This document shows, one piece after another, positions 20,397-29,086 of a DNA stretch of 64,000 bases. Position 1 is the first letter of the stretch; every line of letters starts with the position of its first letter. A model generated the notes under the pieces. It worked only from the letters and a program-made list of their open reading frames with translations. It did no database searches and had not been told where the DNA came from. Both the position numbers and the translations under genes were made by a program. The stretch is taken from the IMG/VR virus record IMGVR_UViG_3300033072_000473, positions 1 through 64,000 of that record; one strand, given 5' to 3'. This stretch comes from a virus. Taxonomy: Duplodnaviria; Caudoviricetes.

Positions 20397-23300
20397 ATGT
20401 CAAAAAATATTATAGGTGCAGGAGGTTGCTTTAGAAAAGGCACACTTGTACAGCAAGAGCATGGAAAAACTATAGCAATAGAAGATTTAAGTATTGGAGA
20501 TAGTGTCCTTGCCTTTGATGATAAAAATAACACCTATTGCGCAAAAGTAGTTAAAGTACACTACCATAGTGAACCTCAACCTATTCTACATGTTAAATAT
20601 TGGGGTGGAGAGTTATTTGCTACACCTAATCACTGGGTAGTAAATCAACTAGGTACTTTTGCAGAACTAGGTACACTAACTGAAGAAGACGCTTTACAAG
20701 ATGGACTAGGGCACTTACGACCAATATTAAGTATGGAAGTAATCGGCTACGAACCTGTATATAACCTTACTGTAGAACCTTGGCATACATTTATAGCTAA
20801 TGGTATTAGAGTACATAATGGCGGACATAGAGAGTCCTACCCTACAGTTAGAGGTGCCGGTGGTGGCGGTAAAGGCGGTGGAGGTAAGCCAGCTCAAGAA
20901 GCAGCCAATACTTTAAAATCTATTCAGTATGCAGAGATTATAGATGTAATAAGTGAGGGCGAAATAGGGGGTTTAGTAAACGGTAGTAAATCTATATTTT
21001 TAGATGGAGTACCACTAGAAAATAGTGATGGTACTGCAAATTTTACTAATGTAAGCTATTCGGTAAGAACAGGTACACAAACACAAGATCCAGTGCCTTC
21101 TGCAGGTAGTGGCGTTTCTGCAACCTATGGTAATCCAGCTTCTAGTAACCCTATAAAGTACGGTTCAGCCAATGCTCAAGAAATATCTATTACTAATACT
21201 AATGTTAAATCAGTAGATGTTACTATAGCTGTACCTGCTTTAACTTATCAAGATACTTCTACTGGTGATTTAAACGGTAACAGTGTATCTTTTAAAATTT
21301 ATTATAAAACAGTCAATACTTCTTTTACTGTAGTACATGATGCTACAATAGAAGGTAAATGTACTTCTTTATACCAAAAAGCCTATACCGTAAGTTTTTT
21401 AAATGCTATAGCTGCAGATTATCCTATTACATTAAGAGTGGAGAGAACAAAAGCAGACTCTACTACTTCTAATATACAAGATAAAATGTATTGGTATTCA
21501 TATACTGAACATATACCTACAATTCTTAACTACCCCAATACTGCATTAATTAACTTTAAAATAGATGCAGAACAGTTTTCATCAATACCTACACGTGGTT
21601 ATGAGATATATGGTATAAAAGTTAGAGTACCAAGTAATTATAATCCTACTACAAGAGTATATACTGGTGAGTGGAATGGTACATTTAGTACCCCTATGTG
21701 GACTGATAATCCTGCATGGATTTTTTATGACCTGGTTACTGAAAATCGTTATGGTTTAGGTAGTGACTTATTAACAGAATCTAGTGTTGATAAATGGGCG
21801 CTCTATACTATTGCTAAGTATTGTGATGAACTAGTTCCAACAGGGTTTAAAGAGAATGGCGTAGCTACGTATGAACCACGCTTTACCTGTAATGCTTTTA
21901 TATATACACAGGATGATGCCTATAGGCTATTAGGAAATATTACTTCTGTATTTAGAGCTATGCAGTACTGGGCTTTAGGGCAGTTCAGCCTTAGTGTTGA
22001 TATGCCCAAAGATCCTATTATGCAGTTTACACCTGCTAATGTCATAGATGGACAATTTACATACTCTGGATCTTCTATGAAAACCAGGCATACTGTTGCT
22101 GCAGTAACTTGGAACGATCCTAAGGATATGTGTAAGCAAAAAATAGAGTATGTAGAAGATACTGATGGTATAAATAGATACGGAATCATACAAACAGATA
22201 TTATTGCTTTCGGTTGTACTTCTAGAGGGCAGGCACATAGACTAGGTAAGTGGCTACTATACTCTGAGCAAATGGAAACCGAAACTGTAACATTTAAAAC
22301 AGGTATTGAAAACTGTATAATGTTACCTGGAGATATAATTCAAACTACAGACCCATTTAGAGCAGGGGATAGATACGGTGGTAGAATACTATCCTTTAAT
22401 GGTACTTCTGCTATTACACTAGATACCCCTCCACCTGTAGGTACTTATAACTTAGTAGTTTATACCCCCTATAAGGATACACAAGGTAACTTACGAGGTA
22501 AACTAACTACCATTCAAGGGGAAATATCTAGTAATGTATTTACAGCTTATGTACCTATAACTGCGGAAATAACTACAGAGTCTGTATGGGTTGCTACAGC
22601 TGTAGGTACTATAGAACCTGAGTACTGGAGAGTTATAGGTATTAAAGAAGAGGATGACCATATTAGCGCTGTTATAACGGCTTTAGAGTATAGAAAAGAT
22701 AAGTTTGCATTTGTAGAAAATGACATAAAGCTAGAAGAGCGTCCAGTATCGACTATTGATTATAGTAAACCTGATACCCCATACCTTGATACAACTACTG
22801 TATTCCAAGGGCCTATTGTTATTAATGGTATTACTTATGCAACATATACTAATGCCTTAAGTTGGTGCCAAGAGTATTTATACTATGCGGGCCCCGGCAT
22901 TCTCTCTAATGGAGTAACAATTTCTTGGTCAGGGGATAGTACTAATTATAAGGTAAGGTGGAAATTAACAACAGATACGGTATGGTCAGATACTACTACT
23001 AGTTACCCTTATCTGGAAATTAAACCTATAAAGGAAGGTGCCTATAACGTAGAAATTTATGCTGTAAATACACTTAATAAACTATCTGACCCACTACAGT
23101 TAAATATGACTATTTTGGGTAAGGCAGCCCTACCGAATGAAGTTACTGGATTAACCATAGCTAAACAAGAGGGTAGTATATATATTGCGTGGAATGCTCC
23201 AGATAACCCTATATACACTAAACCTGATTTAGACTTAGCAGGTTATGAAATTAGAGAATTATATTCCACAGGATTAGACCCGTATACTAAACTAAGTGGT

Positions 23301-25376
23301 AGTACTGTAGTTTGGAAGGATAAAATAGAATTAGGGGCCTACTTAGGAACTGTTCTAACGGATGATCAGTATTACCAGAAACTAAATGATAAGTGGGATA
23401 CTTTAGCTAAAGCAGAGCAGGGGTTAATAAAAAATACCTCATATATTGATATATCTGCTTTAACCGGGTATAATACTTTTTTAGTAAAGGCAGTAGATAC
23501 TAGCGGTAATTACTCTAAAATACCAGCACTTATAGGTATTGAGTTAAAGGGCCCTTCCTCAGTTACAGTCGGCGGTATTACAGTAAGAATAGATGGTGAA
23601 GACTTAGTTGTAACTTGGCCTAGACCTTCTTCTGATACAAAAGTAGATAACTATGTGGTAGCTATTGATGGACAAACCTATACAGTTTATACTGAGGAAT
23701 TTAGACGTAAAGCCTGGTTTATTGGTACTGAAGTATTTGATGTTACACCTTATGATAAGGCCGGTAACTCTGCTGCCAAAGTATCTCTAAATATAACTAT
23801 TGAGGATAACTTAGCACCTCAAAACCTTAGCTATTCTATAGTTGACGACTTAGCTACTGTACAAGTTTTAAATGACTCTTTCAAGTTAACCTGGAATGAA
23901 ACAGCACCTAGTGGATTAAGTTTACCTATAGTAGAATACGAAATACGTATAGATGCAAACTTTGGACAAGCTATAGGACTAATAGCTAAAACAAGCTCTA
24001 AACAGTATGTTTCAAAAGTTACTTGGGGCGGCTCAAAAACTTTATATGTAGGGGCTAAAAATTCCGCAGGGTTTTATACACCTTATAGTTCAAAGACTAT
24101 TAGTATAGTATCTCCAAATGAACCCACTACCGTAACTAGTAAAGTTGTTGATAATAATGTTCTCTTATATTGGACTGCTCCTACTGCTGGAGGTAGCCTA
24201 CCTATTGACGAATACGTAATTAAAAAGGGTGCTACATTAGGTACTGCTATAGATGTAGGTACTAAGGCAGGTAACTTTACAACAGTATTTGAAACTGTTG
24301 GAGGAGACTACGTATATTGGGTAGCTGCAAAAGATACTGCAGGTAATATAGGTACGTATAAAAGTACTGCTGCAACTGTTAATCAACCCCCAGACTACGT
24401 ATTACAGTTTGATTATACTAGTGATTATAGTACAGGTACGAAAACTAATGCAGTATTAGATTCAGATAATAATTTAATTCTACCTGTATATAGTACTGAA
24501 ACATTTACAGGGCACTTCTCAGTAATTCGTATAACTACAGCTACAATTAATGCTGGGGGTACTGGGTATGCTGTAGGGGATACTGTATATATAAATACTG
24601 GTACATACACTTACAGAGCTGTATTAACTGTAACAGCAGTTTCAGCTGGTGTAGTTACTGGTATAAGTATTGAATACCCTGGTATATATAGTGTTGCTCC
24701 TACTGCTATAGGAAGTGCAACATTAAAAATAACAGGTAATGGTACTGGGTTAACTGTAAATACTACTACAGCTACTTGGACAACTCCACAAAATCAAATT
24801 GATGCAGGGTACCCTATATATATTCAACCAGAACTACCTTCTGGTAGTTATATAGAGGTTAAAGATTATGGTACTACTTTAGTAGGTAATACAGTTACAA
24901 TAACTACAGATATTGAGGAAGTAGTTACGGGAGCTATTATTACTTATAAAATAGAGTCTTCACCAGATAACTTAGTATGGACTTTAGTATCAGACGCTAA
25001 ATCAGGTTTTGCCACTAATTTTAGATACTTACGTGTCACTGTAACAGTAACTAATGGCTTAATTAAATTAAAGTTATTAAATACAAAAATTGATAGTAAA
25101 TTAAAAACACAATCTGCAAGTAAGGTAGTTAATGCTGCGGATACTAATGGCACTATAATATACTTAACCAAAGATTATACATCTACAGGTACTAAAGTAT
25201 TTAAAGATGTGCAATCAATTACTGTAACACCTAGTTTTGTAGTAGGTAGTCAACCGATAGCTATATATGATTTTACGGATATTGCCGATCCATTATATTT
25301 TAGTATTTATTTATATGATTCTTTAACAGGTAACAGACTAAGTGGTACCTGCAGTTATACCGTAAGAGGTGTTTAA
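20397..25376 (+). CDS. Central tail tip / host-specificity protein J-like
   Basis: ISEGEIGG, YPNTA, WTDNPAW, DKWALY.IAKYCDE, GCTSRGQAHRLGKW motifs followed by FN3-like repeats. Confidence 0.9.
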   Translation: MSKNIIGAGGCFRKGTLVQQEHGKTIAIEDLSIGDSVLAFDDKNNTYCAKVVKVHYHSEPQPILHVKYWGGELFATPNHWVVNQLGTFAELGTLTEEDALQDGLGHLRPILSMEVIGYEPVYNLTVEPWHTFIANGIRVHNGGHRESYPTVRGAGGGGKGGGGKPAQEAANTLKSIQYAEIIDVISEGEIGGLVNGSKSIFLDGVPLENSDGTANFTNVSYSVRTGTQTQDPVPSAGSGVSATYGNPASSNPIKYGSANAQEISITNTNVKSVDVTIAVPALTYQDTSTGDLNGNSVSFKIYYKTVNTSFTVVHDATIEGKCTSLYQKAYTVSFLNAIAADYPITLRVERTKADSTTSNIQDKMYWYSYTEHIPTILNYPNTALINFKIDAEQFSSIPTRGYEIYGIKVRVPSNYNPTTRVYTGEWNGTFSTPMWTDNPAWIFYDLVTENRYGLGSDLLTESSVDKWALYTIAKYCDELVPTGFKENGVATYEPRFTCNAFIYTQDDAYRLLGNITSVFRAMQYWALGQFSLSVDMPKDPIMQFTPANVIDGQFTYSGSSMKTRHTVAAVTWNDPKDMCKQKIEYVEDTDGINRYGIIQTDIIAFGCTSRGQAHRLGKWLLYSEQMETETVTFKTGIENCIMLPGDIIQTTDPFRAGDRYGGRILSFNGTSAITLDTPPPVGTYNLVVYTPYKDTQGNLRGKLTTIQGEISSNVFTAYVPITAEITTESVWVATAVGTIEPEYWRVIGIKEEDDHISAVITALEYRKDKFAFVENDIKLEERPVSTIDYSKPDTPYLDTTTVFQGPIVINGITYATYTNALSWCQEYLYYAGPGILSNGVTISWSGDSTNYKVRWKLTTDTVWSDTTTSYPYLEIKPIKEGAYNVEIYAVNTLNKLSDPLQLNMTILGKAALPNEVTGLTIAKQEGSIYIAWNAPDNPIYTKPDLDLAGYEIRELYSTGLDPYTKLSGSTVVWKDKIELGAYLGTVLTDDQYYQKLNDKWDTLAKAEQGLIKNTSYIDISALTGYNTFLVKAVDTSGNYSKIPALIGIELKGPSSVTVGGITVRIDGEDLVVTWPRPSSDTKVDNYVVAIDGQTYTVYTEEFRRKAWFIGTEVFDVTPYDKAGNSAAKVSLNITIEDNLAPQNLSYSIVDDLATVQVLNDSFKLTWNETAPSGLSLPIVEYEIRIDANFGQAIGLIAKTSSKQYVSKVTWGGSKTLYVGAKNSAGFYTPYSSKTISIVSPNEPTTVTSKVVDNNVLLYWTAPTAGGSLPIDEYVIKKGATLGTAIDVGTKAGNFTTVFETVGGDYVYWVAAKDTAGNIGTYKSTAATVNQPPDYVLQFDYTSDYSTGTKTNAVLDSDNNLILPVYSTETFTGHFSVIRITTATINAGGTGYAVGDTVYINTGTYTYRAVLTVTAVSAGVVTGISIEYPGIYSVAPTAIGSATLKITGNGTGLTVNTTTATWTTPQNQIDAGYPIYIQPELPSGSYIEVKDYGTTLVGNTVTITTDIEEVVTGAIITYKIESSPDNLVWTLVSDAKSGFATNFRYLRVTVTVTNGLIKLKLLNTKIDSKLKTQSASKVVNAADTNGTIIYLTKDYTSTGTKVFKDVQSITVTPSFVVGSQPIAIYDFTDIADPLYFSIYLYDSLTGNRLSGTCSYTVRGV
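20427..20819 (+). other. Hint (intein-like) domain, residues 11-141 of J
   Basis: Starts CF..GT, has block B TPNH, ends VYNLTVE..HTFIANGIRVHN; no endonuclease domain; the +1 residue is Gly. Confidence 0.85.
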
Positions 25377-26519
25377 ATGGCAACTTATGATTGGTCTTTA
25401 CCAACAACAACTACAAATTATAGTACGTTCGTAACAGAGTTACATAATAGGTTAAACGAGACTGCAAAAGGATTTCCTTCAGCAGATACCTATAGTAACC
25501 TAGTTACAGGTGCTATAAGTTTTAGAAGTAATAAATGGCAGATTTGGTCAGGTACTGCTTGGGGCGATCTAACTACTACCTATGCTATAGATATTAGTGG
25601 TAATGCTGCTAATGTAACAGGCACAGTACTAGCTACTAAAGGTGGTACTGGATATTCTACATATACTGTAGGAGACTTACTAGTCGGTGGAGCTACTAAT
25701 ACATTAACAAAACTTGCTGCGGTTGCTGTTAATAATGTATTAATTTCAGCTGGCGTAGGTACTGCACCGGCTTGGGGAAAAATAGACTTAAGTAATCATA
25801 CTAATACTACTGCTCTACCCGTTACAAAAGGTGGCTTAGGAGTAACTTCAGGCATAACTGGGTTAATTATGGGTAATGGTACTGCGTACTCTGCAGCCAT
25901 AGCAGGTACTGATTATGCTGCAGCTTCACATACTCATAATTACTTAAGTACTTCTGGTGGTATTTTAACGGGTAACTTGAGTTTGGTAAATGGCACCACG
26001 GAAATGTCTATTACCTTAGGGTCTAGTGGTGGATATTTTTATGGTAATGCTACAACTGTTGGGTTCTACAAAGCTTCCGGAGCTAGTTTTGCAATTACTA
26101 TAGCATCAGGCAACTTATCTACTAATGGATCAATAACTGCAGGTAATGGTTTAACAGTATCTGCAAGTGGTATTACCGTAACTTCAGGTAATGTAACATT
26201 AAGTAGTGGTAATTTATCCGTAACAGGTGATATAACAGCTACTGGAACAATCGCATCCACCTCAGATAGTAGACTAAAGTCTAGTATTAATACTCTAGAA
26301 AATGCACTTAATAAGGTTAATAGTCTACGCGGTGTAAGCTACACGAAAGCAGGCAAGCCTGAAATCGGTGTAATTGCACAGGAAATTGAGCTAGTAATAC
26401 CTGAAGTAGTTGAAGAAGTAGGCGAGTATAAAGCAGTGGCTTATGGTAACCTTGTAGCTCTTTTAATCGAAGCTATAAAAGAGCTAGATAGGAAAGTAGA
26501 TGCCAGAGCCAGCAATTAA
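25377..26519 (+). CDS. Tail fibre with C-terminal peptidase S74 (intramolecular chaperone)
   Basis: SDSRLKSSI...LRGVSY...GVIAQE...V.YGNLVALLIEAIKEL. Confidence 0.85.
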   Translation: MATYDWSLPTTTTNYSTFVTELHNRLNETAKGFPSADTYSNLVTGAISFRSNKWQIWSGTAWGDLTTTYAIDISGNAANVTGTVLATKGGTGYSTYTVGDLLVGGATNTLTKLAAVAVNNVLISAGVGTAPAWGKIDLSNHTNTTALPVTKGGLGVTSGITGLIMGNGTAYSAAIAGTDYAAASHTHNYLSTSGGILTGNLSLVNGTTEMSITLGSSGGYFYGNATTVGFYKASGASFAITIASGNLSTNGSITAGNGLTVSASGITVTSGNVTLSSGNLSVTGDITATGTIASTSDSRLKSSINTLENALNKVNSLRGVSYTKAGKPEIGVIAQEIELVIPEVVEEVGEYKAVAYGNLVALLIEAIKELDRKVDARASN

Positions 26520-26826
26520 CTCTACCGTAGAATGGTTGAAGTCTAACTTACCGTTCTTTTATGCAATAGCCCTCTCCTTATGGGGAGGGTTCGTGCAGTA
26601 TGTAAATAAGGTTAGAATGGGCGAAACTTGGAAGTGGAACTCTATGCTATTAGATATGATTGTATGCTCTTTTACAGGAGTATTAGCCTTTTTTATGTGT
26701 CAATCAATAGGTGTAGATGGTTGGAGAGCTGCATTAATAATAGCAATTTCCGCCCATGAAGGTACTAGAACTATTGGCATATTTATAAATTGGAGAGATA
26801 AGCTTATTGGAGTTGAAAAATCATGA
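26500..26826 (+). CDS. Holin (LydA-like)
   Basis: 108 aa, three hydrophobic segments, WGGFVQY and FTGVL motifs; in lysis cassette. Confidence 0.65.
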   Translation: MPEPAINSTVEWLKSNLPFFYAIALSLWGGFVQYVNKVRMGETWKWNSMLLDMIVCSFTGVLAFFMCQSIGVDGWRAALIIAISAHEGTRTIGIFINWRDKLIGVEKS

Positions 26827-27278
26827 TAGTAGAGTCTACAAAAGCAATTATAGCTAAACTACTAAATATTTTTATTGTATCAATTGGAGCAATCTTTCTT
26901 ATATTAATTGGGCCTTCCATTGATGAAGCCTTTCCGGTAGTATATCCCTTTAATGTAGACTATGTACAACAACTGGATAATAAGGTAGAAATATATGGAA
27001 CAGCGTTAAAGATAAGAGACTGTAAGCCAATAGATGTACAAGTACTTGCCTACGATAATAATCATGTAGCCACCCTAGGCTCTATAGAGTATAAGGATAC
27101 TCCTACAGGTATTATACCTGCAAGACCTAAATCTGATAATACTCAGAATTGGGGGCCTTGGGTTTTAACAGTACCTATAAATACTACTAATATAGAATTA
27201 AGTGCTTTGCATAAATGTCATATATTATGGGATACAAGAACTTATTTTACTAGCCTAAACTTAAAGGACTATGAATGA
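26823..27278 (+). CDS. Membrane-anchored protein of lysis cassette, unknown function
   Basis: One N-terminal TM segment; overlaps flanking genes. Confidence 0.5.
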   Translation: MIVESTKAIIAKLLNIFIVSIGAIFLILIGPSIDEAFPVVYPFNVDYVQQLDNKVEIYGTALKIRDCKPIDVQVLAYDNNHVATLGSIEYKDTPTGIIPARPKSDNTQNWGPWVLTVPINTTNIELSALHKCHILWDTRTYFTSLNLKDYE

Positions 27279-27772
27279 CAAATAAATGGATCGATGTAGT
27301 CTCCCAAGTCGCACCGTCTATCGCATCCGCGATAGGCGGGCCTCTTGCTGGAAATGCTGTAGGAGCTTTATTAAAAGTCTTTGGAGTAGAATCTGAAGCT
27401 CAACTAGATAAAGCTGTCGCTAATGCTAGCCCGGAGCAACTACTGTTATTAAAACAAGCTGATAATGAGTTTAAGCTTGCATATTTAAATGCTGAAGTAA
27501 AAGACAAATCAGATGCTAGAAATATGCAAAATAATGCTCTACAGCAAGATGATGTATTTGCAAAACGATTTGTTTACTACTTTGCTATTTTTTGGTCAGT
27601 AGTTGCTGCTGCATATATTGCATTTATTACTTTTGGTAATATACCACAAGCTAGTATTAGGTTCGCTGATACTATTTTAGGATTTTTATTAGGTACAATA
27701 GTAACAACTATTATACAGTTCTTCTATGGAAGTTCATTCGGCTCTAGACTTAAAGATGAAAGAAAACTTTGA
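27275..27772 (+). CDS. Holin-like membrane protein (3TM type)
   Basis: N-terminal amphipathic APSIASAIGGP, coiled segment and two C-terminal TM segments. Confidence 0.5.
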   Translation: MTNKWIDVVSQVAPSIASAIGGPLAGNAVGALLKVFGVESEAQLDKAVANASPEQLLLLKQADNEFKLAYLNAEVKDKSDARNMQNNALQQDDVFAKRFVYYFAIFWSVVAAAYIAFITFGNIPQASIRFADTILGFLLGTIVTTIIQFFYGSSFGSRLKDERKL

Positions 27773-28274
27773 AAAAGCATTTCAAGATGTTTTAAAATAT
27801 GAAGGTGGATATGTTAATGATCCAGACGATCCAGGTGGTATGACTAATATGGGCATTACTGCTCAAACATACGCGGAATTTACTGGACGTCGTTTATTAA
27901 CTATTACTGAAAAGGAAATGCAGGAGTTAACAAAAACTCAAGTAAAACCTATTTATAAGCGTAAATATTGGGATGCGTGTAAATGTGACCAACTACCAGC
28001 AGGACTAGATTTGCTAGTCTTTGACTTTGCAGTAAATAGTGGCCCAGCTAGGGCTATTAAAGAGCTGCAGAAGTGTTTGAGGGTTGAGGCAGATGGTATA
28101 CTAGGAGCTATAACACTAAAACATATCGCTACCTTTCCACTAGACCAAATAATCAAAGAATATGCTGAGGCTAGACGAGACTTTTTACGAGACTTAAAGA
28201 CCTTCCCTAAATTTGGAAAAGGTTGGATTGCTAGAGTTGACAAAGTAGAAAATACCGCTACAAGCTTTGCATAA
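27756..28274 (+). CDS. Endolysin, glycoside hydrolase family 108 with PG-binding domain
   Basis: EGGYVNDPDDPGG.TNMGI, FDFAVNSG, FGKGW..RV. Start chosen at MKENFEK. Confidence 0.9.
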   Translation: MKENFEKAFQDVLKYEGGYVNDPDDPGGMTNMGITAQTYAEFTGRRLLTITEKEMQELTKTQVKPIYKRKYWDACKCDQLPAGLDLLVFDFAVNSGPARAIKELQKCLRVEADGILGAITLKHIATFPLDQIIKEYAEARRDFLRDLKTFPKFGKGWIARVDKVENTATSFA

Positions 28275-28313
28275 AATAAAAGCCACTATACTTTCGTATA
28301 GTGGCTTTTTTAT
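28275..28313. terminator. Bidirectional rho-independent terminator between convergent modules
   Basis: aaaagccactatac-tttc-gtatagtggctttt with A-tract before and T-tract after. Confidence 0.85.
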
Positions 28314-29008
28314 TATCTAACAACTTTCCAACCTTTACAGGATGTATACTGACCGCGAAGTACTTTTCCTAAGTAGCTAGGGTCTAGGTTATTTTCTCTG
28401 GCAAATTGCGCTATGGAAGTAACTTCTTTAACTATACCATCCTTCTCTATTTTAGGGTATACTATACCTTTGGCTTCCGCAGAGTTACTATACTTACGTC
28501 TATCTTTATTAATAATTATACTTCTAAGTATAGGGTATTTTTCTGGATACTTTTCCTTTAACCATTGATGTGCATCTCCATTAGCAATATGTCTTACTAA
28601 GGATTCGTTAACATTTATAAGTTTAGCAATACTAGTTATATTATTTTTTGGGTCTAATAATAAAAAGAATACCTGTTCCACTATCTCAGTAGAATACTTT
28701 GAAGCAGGGTTTTTATCTCCGCATTGAAAAATATCCGAGTACTTAGCAATATTAAAGCCATTTATTATTGAGTCAAATATACACATAGCTTCCATTTCGG
28801 CATCATTCAACTCTTTTATACAGCACTCTAGTATAATTTTTAATATTGGATTACCGTATGTTGTATACGCACTCATTAACTTATAGTTAGCAGTACCATT
28901 TCTAAAAGATAGTAGGTGTTCTCTAAATCTTTTTTCTATGTTTACTGCTTGACCTACGTATACAGCGCTTGTACCAGTAAACTCTAATAAATAAATTCCT
29001 GTTGTCAT
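28313..29008 (-). CDS. Free-standing GIY-YIG homing endonuclease
   Basis: TGIYLL...VYVGQA...RFREH...L..EMEA..GFN; C-terminal helix-turn-helix-like modules. Confidence 0.85.
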   Translation of the reverse strand: MTTGIYLLEFTGTSAVYVGQAVNIEKRFREHLLSFRNGTANYKLMSAYTTYGNPILKIILECCIKELNDAEMEAMCIFDSIINGFNIAKYSDIFQCGDKNPASKYSTEIVEQVFFLLLDPKNNITSIAKLINVNESLVRHIANGDAHQWLKEKYPEKYPILRSIIINKDRRKYSNSAEAKGIVYPKIEKDGIVKEVTSIAQFARENNLDPSYLGKVLRGQYTSCKGWKVVR

Positions 29009-29026
29009 TATCCACTCCTTAAATAG

Positions 29027-29055
29027 ATAATAACATAAGGAGTGGATAAAGTCAA
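29027..29055 (-). promoter_or_regulatory. Promoter of the GIY-YIG gene
   Basis: TTGACT-17-TATTAT; the spacer is one arm of a 13-bp inverted repeat whose other arm is the SD/start region. Confidence 0.65.
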
Positions 29056-29086
29056 ATTAATTTATGGATTTTATAAGGTGATAACT

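Noticed and set aside
401-26519. Diversity-generating retroelement acting on fibres
   Set aside because: No reverse transcriptase and no template/variable repeat pair seen in the window.
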